From positions 558,001 to 622,000 of the forward strand of contig NW_026781893.1 of the NCBI RefSeq assembly GCF_031769215.1: a stretch of DNA of 64,000 nt, given 5' to 3'. Under the pieces are notes generated by a model. The model did not search any database and was not told the origin of the DNA. It worked only from the letters and a program-made list of their open reading frames with translations. Of the stretch, positions 40,152 through 54,185 are shown piece after piece; the first letter of the stretch is position 1; each line of letters opens with the position of its first letter. A program made the translations under genes and the position numbers. The DNA comes from Ylistrum balloti (lineage: Eukaryota).

Positions 40152-43100
40152 AGTTAGCCAAAGTGAAATATAAGATTAAAGCTCCTCAAAGCGAAACACC
40201 ACGGGGACACGATTCTACACGTCACACCTTATAGAAATAATGTTCTAAGATCCTGTTACCATTTTTGTCAATATACAAAGCGAGAAGGACAACATATGTA
40301 CTGAATTTCTTTTAGCATCATCTATCACGATGAAATATCACTTTCAGGACACAGTAACATGACAGTTACCCCGGTGACGTTATATAGACAACAGATTAAC
40401 TAGTTCCTGCAACCAAATTATTTAATGTATCGAATTTAATTATATTTGGTTGTTCTGATCCGGGTATATAACCTATAATCCTTCTTACTTTGGCGAGCGA
40501 TCAACACTAATGCCAACTGTATGGGGTCTTTGCTTGCACCACTAGTTAACGTTGCGTTCTTTTGTACGATGATGTACTGAGGAAAAGAAAGCAAAATACG
40601 TTCTTCGCCTTATCCATAGGGCGTTTTCATCTGCATAAATCATAAAGAATTAATTTTGTAAATGACAGTATTAAGTATTGTCATATCTCTAACGAATGAT
40701 TATAATTTTGAAAAATAATAGATTAGGGAAAATATTAAATAGTGAATTTACAACTATAATTATAACCTAACTCATACCAAGTATAGCATTTGTAAACTGA
40801 ACTTGATGACGACAAGCTGTCTGATATTTGGCCGACTTTCCTGGAAAGCGGATATGGTGTTTGTATGCAACGAAGTCACAACACAGTTGACGTGAAAATG
40901 TTCGTGTATGTCTGAGGTTTCGATAAATGAGACTTGTATAAATTCACACGTAGTGGATTTGATTTTGCCTTCAATCATTATCCGAAATTAATCGTATTTC
41001 CAGGTTGATTACATTAATAAGCGAGAGTATACATGTATGTCAGCATTATTGACCGATTTTCCCAACTTCACAGGATTGTATAGCTACAAAATTACACGAA
41101 AGACCATGTTGATCTCTAGTGTTGGTGGTTTTAAGACTGTACAGTTGACCACAAAGTGTCAAGTATCACGTGCTTGACCAATCAGTCACCTGGACACTGA
41201 CTAAGGTCAAGTGCAAGAACAAATCAATAGGCATGGTATTGTATACCGCACCGAGAGGTCATATTGAAATACGTATCACAGGTCTTTTATGATAAATGTA
41301 ACTTACAGCATACATATATGACAATAAAGTACATACATATTGGGTATACACATGGCCCATGTTGGGAATAATGGGTGAACGCAATGTACCACCAAAGTGA
41401 TTTACCATCGTGATAGAAGTGACCGCAGAGGGCTCACTCAGTGAAAATGTCTTTTATTTATATAATTTCTTTTGCAGACGTTGCACTGGCCACCATACTC
41501 ATACACGAAGATATTTTCTTTCCAGGAAAATATAATTTTGACAAAGTATTAAAAAAATCAAGCAATTGAATAATAGCAATATTAATATTCAACTTTCGAA
41601 AATGAAATAAAACATTTTTCACTTTGTTAGCCTATGGTGGACGTGACGTGGTGAATATTGTGTCAGATCAGTGGGAATTATTGAGGGAGGTATAAATTAC
41701 GAAGGATAGGCACTGAAGGCATATTTAGAAGACTACATGCTATTTTTTTAAAGAAACATCCTTCTTGTGTTGGGAATTTTCCCTAACCACACTGCAGTTT
41801 TCCTGGTTTTTTCATTTGGCACGCCTCCAGACCTGGGCGGATTCGTCCCTGTATGACTATCAGTCATTGTTATGTATTGATGTCGAAGTATACGAAAACA
41901 CACAGTAGATAAATAGAGACTGTGCTTGGTAGGCAACAAAGGTGTATTTGGAATGTATGGTGTAGTGGTTTGACAGTTACAATACTCAAGTTTCCTCGGT
42001 AAGGACGATATCATACCGCACTCCTACCAGTGTATAAACAAACCAATGATTTTAGTGTAAGGTCAAATAAATGGAGTAGGAATGATTTCGGATAGGTCTT
42101 ATGAGTTCAAGACTGACGTATAGATATGACTGTTTCTATTAAAATTGTCTTAGACAGGAAAGTGACAGAACCACCAGGATGAAAACAAAGTTTATCACAA
42201 CGAATAAGACCACATGTGTAGTTGTGTTTGTGTACACGTGCATGAGAATTATTAATATAGATCCAGCTAGATTAAGGGTAATATGTAATAATACAAAAAT
42301 GCACCATTGTTTATACCAGTACCCATAATGAACTATACGTACATGTGATGCAAACTGTGGGTACTGGTATAACCAATGGTATAAACATTGGTATGATTAT
42401 CATATAATCAATCATATTAATGTTCTTTTTCTCTCTTGTTTTTTCCTTCAAAAATATTTGTTTAACATCTTATACATTGTCAATAATTTAAATGATTCCA
42501 CCGTTTTATTGTTGATGGAAAAGGACGTTTCTCAATTTTTCAAATAAAATATGTTTAAAACTAAACAGAAATATAAGGAAATCTAACCTCTGATTTGTTA
42601 TGCATGCTTTCATAATTCATAAAACAGGTCAAATCGGTTGTCAGTTATTTTATTTCTACATATTCTCACTCCACGAGGATTTTTTCACTGTGATAATACA
42701 AATAGCCGAAAATGCGACAAAATTTTAAATAATGGGTATATTTATGAAAATAATTTCATTTAAAACAATTTTCTTATTGTTTGTGTTCGCAAATAGACAA
42801 GAAATCATAGATTCTAATATGAAATAAATAAAAAAAAAAAAAATAAAAACACATCTAAATTTCGTCAGTTATATAACAAACCTGTTGTCAAGATCTGATA
42901 AGCTTTAAAGATAAATCTCTTATCTAGGAGAGTTTTATTATCATCAATCTCTGCTGTACTCCAGATATCGTGTAGCATGATGTGTACTGTTTAATATTAG
43001 CCTCGGACATGTCAATGCCACACAAAATGCATGGTCACATCCGTACTACAATTTTGACGGCCATTGGCTGAAGTAAAAATTCACTGATCATAGTAATTCA

Positions 43101-45255
43101 GTACTTAATACTCTAACCCTTGATTCGCTTGACACTTAAAACAAGCCTATATTTATTATCCATTTATCAGTATTTTTGACTTTTTAATGTAAACATTCGG
43201 AAAATGTGTAATAGAATCCAAAGCAATATGTGTTCTAGATTTATTCACATAACGGTAAGGAAAATGTTTTAAAATGTAAAACTCTTTCATATGTCGGATT
43301 GTATCATAAAGATATTCCCGATGCTTTGCCGGCGGTTTCACCACTTTTTGTGACTTCGATGGTGAAATATCCCATCCTTCAACCCGACTAATGAAAAAAA
43401 AAATCGTTCTGAAATATTTAGAAAAAAATAGCGCCAGACGTCGACAGTCTTCGTCAATGTATTACACAACAAAGTTTGCCCTTGAAAAATAAAACAAAAT
43501 ATAAACAGTCACTACAATTAACTATTTGTACACGTGTGTGTATAAATTGTATCAGGAGATGACGTAAATTGGAAATAAACACGTCAATTTCTTCGCGCTG
43601 TATTACATGGATGGTTTTGTATATTTTTTGTGTGATATCATATTTACATGAAAGTATACAAAAGCAAATCTTGTTCATGACCTTTGCATCCTGTATACTA
43701 TATACAACTCAATGTTTACATACAAAATCTCAACACGCTCTCAATGAAAACAAAGCACATTTATATCGAACATCAGAGACGATGATTATTGAAAATGTGA
43801 AAAAAACGATGATCATTTTCTACAGAATCTTATGTGGCACTGAAGAAATGTTAATTATTAAACACGAAATAGATTGGGGTCACTAGCAATGTACCTACAA
43901 TAGCTCTGTCTTTACTCACGACATAATGTTGTCACTTAAATGTTTGAAACCTGATATCGCTATTTTATATACAATATGAAATGAAAGCCATCCAAATGTA
44001 AATTAGGGTTTTCAGTTCACAGGGTTCTCTAGCAAATCCGGAACCTACAACTTACATCCTGTTAATCGAATTAAACTGTGACGTTATTGGTAAACTGCGT
44101 AGTCTTAACGGGAAAAATACTTCCAAGTATGTGAGATAAAAGATTGGTCGATATCCAATTACCTATTATTTGTTCTGCAAAAACAAAACATCGTAGTTAT
44201 ATCAATGATGCATGAAAGGGTTGTACATTAAGTTACCTTGAAATATAAACCACTATGGTATTTGTATGTGATACAATATCATAAGTGATGTTTAAATAAC
44301 AAAACGGCAAATTGTTACTCTACTTTGACTTTATCCAAATCGTTCAAAGTAGAATATCTAAACATGATACGATGTTTACCCATGCGAGGAATATTGATAT
44401 CGATTTCATGAAAGGATATATGTCTAGATTATTACCGATATGATGAACTTACATCAATACCATACTGAACTTTAATCCTTATATTTACTGTTGTGAGTTT
44501 ATATATTTCAATTTGCTACATCCTGAAAGTGTACTACAGCATTGCCCTTCCGTGTTTTTTTTCAAAATGATTTGTTAAAGGAAAAGTTAAAAAAACTGAT
44601 AAAATATTGAACAATACACTGGTGATGAAAGACTTTTGTATTAGCCATCAATTGCTATTACGAATCTTCGAGAATTCGGTTGTCAACAAGAAAAGAAAGA
44701 AGAATGTATTTTTTTATATTTATAGTACTGTTTATGTACTTAAACCTTTTTAATTCCACAAACTTGCAAGTCAACATTACCTTGTAGTTAATATCATATT
44801 GAGATCAATACCATATGCCTCGTTCACATGGATAGCTATCTAAAATCTCTTCCGAATGTAGGAGGCTTGCAGATCATTGGTGGATTGGTATATCTAGGGT
44901 ACAGTAATTCCCTTCCATGCTGTCAATAAATGTTAAAGTGCAGGTAGTACTTTGCATAATTATGATCCCAAAAGAATTAGACCCCAACTTTCTGACCTGT
45001 TTTATCATCCTTGTGAAGCTTAGCATATCAAAGAAGTTAGAAGGATATGGACCTGGCTAAATCTTCCCATTTTGCTTTCAGATATTTTTTGACGATGTCT
45101 TTACAAGCCGTGTCGAAAGGATATTTTCACTACTATCTGATTTTAAGAACGGTCGTTATGTTCACGAAGATATACGAGACCTGCACCATCGATGCTTTTG
45201 TGTTGAAGATTGACTTAAGAGTTAGATAAAGTAGAGCCAAACAATGAATTAAATG

Positions 45256-45306
45256 GCATCGTATAGCTGTTTCGCCCTTCGCCCATCTAGGACTCGTCAG
45301 CGATGC
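45256..45306 (-). ncRNA. Minimal type I hammerhead ribozyme motif
   Basis: Minus strand GCATCG-CTGACGA-GTCCT(AGATGGGCGA)AGGGC-GAAA-CAGCTATA-CGATGC: 6-bp stem I, full catalytic core, 5-bp stem II, near-palindromic stem III. One mismatch at the 15.2/16.2 pair. Confidence 0.7.
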
Positions 45307-47390
45307 TAAGAAAAAGTGAAGCCTAGGAGGCGACAGAGAGAAATCCAAAGTGATCGAAAGAAAAAGAAAAATCCAAACAGGGTGCTGCAATAGCACCATA
45401 ATTCAATACATTTATTTAAGTAATTTTCATATATTTGATAATTTCAGAGCAACTTCGAGTAATGTGTTCATTCTGAACAATGCCATTATTCGATTTCATT
45501 TCATTGTTATGCTTTAAAAGATTTAATTCATTTTCATTTTATGCATTGAAGCTTAATTTCGTTTTTATGTTTCTTTATGAAAGATTGATCTCATTGTGAT
45601 TTTTTAGTTTTATTTTTTGTCTTGATTTGTGTGTCTGAATACTAGTGTTTGAATCTGACTTGATATCATTGCAATTTAATCATTATGCATTCACATCAGT
45701 AAACGGACTTCCTTAATGGATCAACAAGCGGAAATGACAATATACTGATTAGCTCGATGTTAAACATGAAACAGGACACACTTAAATCAACTGCTGGCTA
45801 GAGGATGTCATCACCTTCAGCCTTATGTAATAAAGCTGCATACTGACATTTTATAAAACACTACATGATGAAGGAAACTAACGACATAACACTATTATAA
45901 ACCACTGAATAACACATCCTGTTTAAAGGTCAAAATGTATATAAAAAACAAAGCAAGCAAAAAAACATTTGTCTATTGCATATTCAGGTTTCATAATAAA
46001 TGTTCTCTCTTCCTTGTAGAAGGTCTACATAACCATGCCCCAGAAGCAATAGACAGCCAGAACTGTAACAGTTTGTGACATGTAACGACCTTGGAAGGAA
46101 TGAACAACAATTAAAACAATTATTCATGTCTATAACCTGATAATTGCAACATAAGAAATCGAGCATCATGTATAAATATTTCAGACGAAAGCCAAAACTA
46201 TCGTTGATGTACATATGGCCATACATGACTTCTTGTTTTCTTCCCCTACTTTTTTTATATGCATGCTGACTCAGCGTTGTCGGTGATACTAGTTGTTGTG
46301 ATGATAGAATCACGCTGTACTTCTTTAATTTCCAAAATATGGCAAGGTTATCCCCATTTTAATATTCTTCTTTGAGACACGTGAAATAAACCAGTTTTCA
46401 CTTCTAATTAGTTAATGACAAAAGCTCAGCTATATTTTGTTTACCTATATACCTGAATTTTTTTTCTGATCCAATAGGTAGCCTCTGTAGGTGACTTGGC
46501 TCACCAACATAACGAATGCCACAGACAAATGTTATCAATCATTATAGACAATGATTTAGTACACTAATGACAAGTCCCTTTATACTGCCTCTGAGGTAGT
46601 GACGAACGATGTGTTTGATCGATAATACATAATATGATATATATGAGGCACGCAATACTGGATGTAGCTTGTTTAAACGTACAGTTATGAAATCTGTTGG
46701 CGTATGTTTATGATGAGCCGGAAACGTACCCTGAATTGATCTGATAAAACCAGACTTCCGTGTGAGATCCTCACAACGGATGTTATCTGGTCAGCCCTTG
46801 TTGGATTGGTGTATCCATGTATATAAACAACATTTCCCGACGGAAGTCCTTACTGAAAATTTATTTATTGGATTATATTGATATGAACACATTTGTATGG
46901 ATACATTTGATGGATGCTTGAGAACAGAGCCAGCATCCTCATCATTCTGTCTGTCTGTCTGATATCACGCTATTTAATTGTCAAAAGTTTTAAACATTCA
47001 TTACACATTGGAGATGTAGGATACAGATTACAAGGAACTGACAATAATTGATTTGCACATTGATACAAAGTTCCAACATAAATATTATCTGATGATTAAA
47101 GTACACTTCACCTAAAATAATCAGTATATGATGTTATATGGATTCGTCATCCGAAGCCAATATTAGCAGCTCAAATTATTAAGAGATGTCTCGATTCGAA
47201 GAGCAAGAACTGAATCGAAACTAAACCACAAATTGGGACATCATTAATTCTTCCATAAATATTTTGACAAATAGCATTTTCTGAGTCTTGCTCGTCAATA
47301 TGTTGGCCAGGATTGCACTAAAGAAACACACGCGAACAACACCTGTCAATACAAATTTAATATTGCCAAATAATGACGTACATTGTAAGA

Positions 47391-47428
47391 TACATCTGTT
47401 TCGCCCTTCTGCGAGTCGTCAGTGATGC
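47391..47428 (-). ncRNA. Degenerate second hammerhead motif, truncated at the cleavage triplet
   Basis: Minus strand GCATCA-CTGACGA-CTCGCAGAAGGGC-GAAA-CAGATGTA; G10.1 is lost and no stem I partner follows GUA. Confidence 0.5.
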
Positions 47429-50400
47429 CAATGGCCTAAAGTTTCGAATCCAAGGGGAACCTAGAATAAGACACGGATGAGATCAATGATTAATAAACGG
47501 TGAGAATTAAGGTTATCAATTACTAGCAGTTTGAAAGGAGGTCTCCTAATTCAAACACAGATGTTTTAGTAAATCTTGATTAACGGAATCAATCAAAAAA
47601 GCCTTGTTGATAAGGAAAGCCCTTAAAACAGGACAAAAATTGTGACATGCAACATACTTATCTAACAATAATGATTATAGCTCGTAGTGTCAAGTGGTGT
47701 CAATTTTTGTTAGAATTTTTTTTAAATATACAAAGTAGGAAAAGGTCTTATTTCAACCAAAGTTAGCAACTGCTATATCCCATATTAATTAAAGTAGAGA
47801 ACAAGGACCCTTTCAACGAAAGTCGCTTTAAAAGATGCGGATGGACGTTGGAGCTGCGATTGGATAACATTGGAGCTTGCGGAAATTACAACACTTGAAT
47901 TCGTCAGCGGAACAGTCGAGTCATCCTAAAACAACTAATTATTTTATGCATACGTCATCGTCATCATTAACAATTCATAAAAGCCGTCTTTGTTATAATG
48001 TAATCAATTCAGACTAAGACTAATATTTTTAACAATCAATGCAATTGCATTATGTTAGTCTAAATTAATTATGATTGAATAATAATGAGAATCAGCTGTT
48101 CCGTATTCACATCCTTTAAGTAACTCAGTATCCATTGTGGGGTTGCAACAGATGTATAATTACCTCGACTGTGGTGACTTCCTCTTACAAGCGACCGTCG
48201 ATATTTCTTATATCAATACAATTGAATATGCATTATAACATACAGTATACACTTATTGATGATATGTAATCATTTTATTAGTCTAGATAGTCAATCAATC
48301 GTTGTAAAAATTAATTATTACCATTATATTACATCTAGATGTGACAGGTAAAATTTCCGCAAACGTCATCTTTGTCAAATGCAAATTGAAAACAATCATG
48401 AAAGCAAGTAATTATGACAAGAAAACAGCATATTTATATAGCATAGCTTTATATAAAATTCAATGGTTAAAAGGATGCATCATCGACTGATATGCCGTGT
48501 GTGATTGATGTATTTAGAGTAGTAACCGACAATGTGCCTTTCATATATATCGTCACGGATTTAGAGCATTGGGAACATATACATGTTTTAGAAACAGATC
48601 CTTTTCATCAGCATTTAAATTGTTAAATTAAATTGTTAAATCGAATTCCCCTTTCATTGGTAGTAGATTCCATATTGAGTGAAATTGACATTTAAGCACT
48701 GAAGTATACCTATCGTAAACTATTAGTACAGGTCCATTCGTGATTGATATACATGACATTTACAACATTCGAAATAACCAAAACGATATTTATGATAGGT
48801 TAATTGCACTGAAGATATAGAAAACTATTTATGACATAGATACTTATTTTAACCTTTCAATATATTACTATACTAATGGTGTACATGTAGATGGACGGTC
48901 TTGACTGACAACCTGACAAATGGAATGGGACTTTTAAAATGAAATTACAATGTATCTAAAACATTTATTAAAAACATCTTTAAATCAATCTACATACAAT
49001 TTAAATATATTCAGATGTCAGGTAAATTTCCGATGGCTGACAAAAGTCAAAACATTCTCGATCAGACGAATCAGATTTGCTACAGGCCATCTTTTATATT
49101 TTTAACTGTTACAATGAGGATGACACGGAAAATAATATATTCTTATTTACTAATATACTAATAATGATGTGAAAAGAGTAGAAAGTATTCGGAGGTCTAG
49201 ACACGGTATTCGTATAATAAAGTGAATGGATAGTAAGGAATGCTGATCGACATTCCTCAACAACGAATGGTGAATTTAACATTTTTCTTGGCAATAATCA
49301 TTAAGAGACTTCTTTAACTGAATATCTTTGGACCATATTTCGTAAATAAGCGGACGCGTGTCCAGAAAAAAGCTCGCTATTGTTAGTCTATATATATTTT
49401 CGTTTTCAGTAAAAGCTATATTTCTGCCAGCTTCTACTATACAATAATTATTCGAAACTGTTTTCCCTTACCATCAATGTCATGACAAAATCACACGTAT
49501 AAATGATTCGTGACGTCATAGTTCAAATGTGACATATATTCCACTCACACCAGAATTGACTTTTACTAGCCAAAATATTTCCATAACATTTAATAAACTT
49601 TTTTGTTTTGTTCTGAAACATTTTATATTCTATGTGGTCTATAGAAGGTAATCTGGATTAACATGGTTCGTTCTGTGCTATTTTTAAGTATAAAATTGAT
49701 ACGTCATCACGAATGGTATTAACATTATTTCATTTATCATAATATACGATGGATCGTAAAGCGTCTGTAGATATGATAATGTTCACTGTATATGTGTATA
49801 TTCCTGTCAGTATTGTAGTATACACATAACTGATATATGTATACACTTACAAAAGAAACATTCCACATGGAAACAATTTGTCTTCGTCGCATTGCATTAC
49901 AACACAAGGTATTAGACTACTTGTAGCTGACAGTAGCATGGAACTTTTTTTCATATCTGTATACTGGAATATGGAAATATTGTACAAAAGAGTTCCATAA
50001 GAATAACACCTGACAATACAAATTTAGAATAAGACTGCATGCTACAGCTGGTTCATATAGGATATTTGTCTTGAAAAGTAAAATGATTTTGCATAGTAGT
50101 AGCCACTTAGTTGATTTTCGAGCGTTTAAGTTTTCTCCTTGATATACTTGAGCGAAATAATGTTAATTATCATATTGTGATTATTAGAGAATAATCTAAT
50201 TGCTCGATCAATATCTAACTTAACCATGTTGTATCGCCACAACAGAAAGCATAATGTGCGACACAGGCGATTACAGCATTAGACAGGTAAGTGGAAACAG
50301 AAAAAGAAATTTAAACACCAGTTCTGAAAACCCAAAACGACGCATGCACTCTGACATGTCATCCACAGATACGACGACGTAGGAAGATGACAACAGGAAA

Positions 50401-52502
50401 AGAAATTGTAACATCGTTCGGAAAACCCGAAAAATAGTAGAATAGGTTTCTAAGTGTCCGAAAGGAGATGCTGATCATTCAAAGGAAATTTGTATGAAGT
50501 GTTTTGGTTAAGTAGACAAAATGCATTTTTGTATTATAACAGACCTATGTATTTATTTATGTTGACATTTTCTGCGTCTGTGTTTTTGATACCGGATCGG
50601 GCATTTGATCACATGCCTCGAGATAAGCACTTTCGTTAGTGATAATAAAGGTTGTGTTTGACATGACATCTACGTTGCATGACTGGAAAAATAGGATGTT
50701 GTAACAAGTGTATGTGATACGTCATACCCGGATACCCAGTTTACAGGAAACCAACTTGATACCAGTCGTTCTATATGATATAAGCAACTTTGTGTATATC
50801 ATATTTTGAACTAGATTTATTTTCATTTCCTGGTCCCTGCTGATTGATATATTAATGGACTTGTGTAGATTTCCTGGAAATTGTTTTTAATTCACAAATG
50901 TACATGTATTCACATGTAACCCCAATTTTGGTCTGTTAGGACAAATAGCAACTTGCATAACGATCGGTAGGCGTTTAAGTCAATAAGTAAATTTTGATAT
51001 TTTAGTTAAACCTCGCAGAACATTTATATCACACGATGACGAAATGTTGTTGCAATATAAACTTATTATACTTTCAGTTTCAGTTTTTAAGATAAACTGA
51101 ATAAGACGAATCAAGTACACGGTTGTTTGTTTGCGTAAAGGTGACCTGACACGTTGTAGTCAACATTCCTATAGATAATCGCTAACGTTGTAATATTTGG
51201 AAGCACGCGTGCTGATACGATGGTGTTAAGGTGAATTTCTGGAATTGGCCCGTATAGGATACTTTTCTTTGAAAAATATGTCATTTGTTGAAATAAGTGA
51301 CAATATTTTTTTCAAGAATCTTACCTGCATCACTCATACTCTGTTTCTTTATTATATCATCTATTCTTTACTGACTGTAGTAGGTATATTTCATTATAAT
51401 TACCATGACAATAGTAAATTTGTTCAATTATCCAGGCTATGGTCAATTCTTTTATAAGTATCCTTGCTGTAGTAAATGTTAACAGTTATCCTGGGTATGA
51501 TGGTTTTTTTTTTTTTTTATAATAATCCTTTCTTGGACAATTCCTTTTCAATTATCTTTCAATAATACAATTTTAGAAATTAACTTGGCGATGAGAAATG
51601 TTAAATCTATCCCGGCTTTAGTGAAATCTTATAAATTTTATAGCATAATGTACAGATATTGAATATTTCAAATAATATTTGTTAGGTTAAAATGTACATA
51701 CAGTTGTGTCAATTAAAATTGTACTGGACGGCCAGTATAAGATTTTTCCTATGGTTAGCATGTAATAATGTATCTATTTCTAGTATTCATGACTCTGACA
51801 TTGCCGCTAGAAACCAGACATCTGATGTAAAACCAGTTGTATTGATAGCAAGCGTCTTAGTGAAGTTTTATTGAGATCCTTTTAGAATGATATTGTGTGG
51901 TAGATGCTTACCAACATTAAGTAACGTTAGCCTTAACCTTGAAATGAGAAAGCCAATTTAATCGAGCGATACTTGTACCGAAGAACAGGTGTTACAAAGA
52001 AACGCAGAGTTGAAAATATAGTATATTAATGACTTATAACTGTTTTAATAGCCTCATTGAAAAAAGATGAGAATTGAAGTCTGCAAAGGCTATTTTTAGT
52101 TACCTTTGTTCGTAGAATGAATGCTTATTTGGCAACATCAATGAGATGTCTTGGTTCTTAAGCATTGAGGTGTAAAACTATTTACTACTTGATCCTTAAG
52201 TAAAAATTTGATGTACATTGTTCATTGAGCTACATGATATATATATATATATTGTAGTGAATCACTGTATGAATTGTCATTGACAGGGAAATATGAAAGG
52301 AAAGGTTAAGTATTACCTTGATCTTGAAGCTAGAAGGATTAAACGAATGTTCGACCATCGCTCATAATATTTATCATACCTTTTATATAATTCTCTTGAT
52401 TTTGTTCAGGATAATTTCTTTAAATTGGTTTTAAAACAATTCAGTTATTAGCTTCGCCTTGCCTAATTTTTCTTAGTTGCAGTAGTGAATTATTGCGATT
52501 AA

Positions 52503-52627
52503 TGGCAATGGTAAATTATCATAAATATCTTGGCAATGGTGAATTATTATAAATATCTTGGCAATGGTGAATTATTATAAATATTTCGGCAATGGTAAAT
52601 TATGATAAAATATTGGCAATAATAAAT
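52503..52627. repeat. Minisatellite, 28-bp unit x4.5
   Basis: TGGCAATGGT(A/G)AATTAT(C/T)ATAAATATCT repeated. Confidence 0.9.
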
Positions 52628-54185
52628 TGTTATTATCCTGGCTACGTAAAATCATCGTGACTACAGAATATCCTTATTGGTACTGTGGATTTTTTTCGGT
52701 AAACTGGTTTCAATAACTTCTCTTATGATTATCCGAATTAGTGAATTAACTGGGTTTTTTTAGTTTAGAAAGGAAGATGATGACCTTGGGCAGGATTTGT
52801 CATCTAAGCATGATTGCAGCAGTAGAAATAACCAAAATAAAAAAGCTGGCTATGGTCAAGGCTGACATACATGTTGTTATAATATCGATTGATAGAAATT
52901 GCAAGCAATTCATGGATTTCCAATCTGAAATCCGACTGTTGCACTGATCACAATCTGACACCAGGTATCACAATACATTGTATTACGTACATATATAACG
53001 GAAGTCGACTTTCCGTATTACTAACAACAATACATGACCTGCGTCACGTATCAAGATATCAAGTTTCTTCATTTAAATATTTATTATGGCGTGCAACATT
53101 AATCTCCCTTCAAACATATTCCAGGATGCGATGTTCCTGTGATGTTTTTCCGTGCAAGCATGTGTGAGACTGTAGACTTGTGGATATGGGTTTGGCCAAT
53201 GACCTGAAAATCGGAAAATAAACATGTTACAACTGATAATGTATCATTGACGCAGCTTTCAGAGTATCTTTACAATATCAATCGAAGTTCTCTTCCGGCT
53301 CTTTGTTTAGTAGTAACGGATTCATGCTAATATCATATAATTAATAATATATTGCTGAAATACAGTGTTTGTGGATTATATGTAATAAAAGCTTTTATTA
53401 ATGAATACCAATATGAATGGCCTAAGCAGAGGACCTAAATAAATGTCATATAGAGTTCCTGTTACATAAGCCTTTGATCAAGTTGCTCAGTGCAGGATAT
53501 CATATCACTTCGATATACGTACATACATTATGTAAGCTTTAAGGTTGATAAATTGTTGTAATGGACTTTTATTTTAGAAATCTTAATTAATTCATATTGC
53601 AGTCATTGTTGTATTAACTTTAATTGAAATCATCAATCTTATTGTCCCAGAGAGAAACGTTCACATGTTCTTGCTTTGGCAGAAAACTGGGGGGAAATCT
53701 AGGTATCAGGCAGGTTACCTCTCAGTTCTTCCTTCGACTATAGCTGATGGCATGAGCAATACCACTGCGCCATTACAAAGTTATTCTAGATAATCAAACA
53801 TGTTTCCAACATATTATTTTCATATTTTTCCTTTTTATCGCCATTGAGGGTTTTCAGCAAGTACCGTATGAATTGTGAAATATGGAGTTTATGTTGCCTG
53901 TTTGAGCATTATGGTTTTATCTTGAAATATAAAGGACTATTTGAATTTGGGTTCCTGACGTGAATCGTGATTAGATATGTCAGTTTGACTATGGACATGT
54001 CTTGAAGAATACTGGAATTTTAAAGACATGTAAAGTGAAGGTCTCCGTTCTTCAGTTTTCTTTTGCATCCAATTGGATACTAAAGATGACCGTAAATGCT
54101 ACCACTATTTCTTTAACACATCGTTATTTTTTATAAAACATTGAGGATTTTAAATCTTTAAATAGTACTCTGGTGTAAACAATTA

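Noticed and set aside
40450-41560. Scattered exon-like segments, including a strong acceptor at 41477
   Set aside because: Could be a decayed gene, but no consistent phases or recognisable family could be built.
41700-42020. Possible LINE endonuclease relic on the minus strand (YDIVLTEE, RSGGV)
   Set aside because: Only two short motifs in different frames; too weak without a profile search.
45050-45215. Possible GIY-YIG C-terminus next to the hammerhead
   Set aside because: Resemblance is vague and on the opposite strand to the ribozyme.
45984-46313. 109-aa minus ORF
   Set aside because: Non-ATG start, intron-like composition, no domain.
53750-53785. tRNA A-box TGGCGCAGTGGT on the minus strand
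   Set aside because: No B box or cloverleaf; no intact tRNA was seen anywhere in the window.
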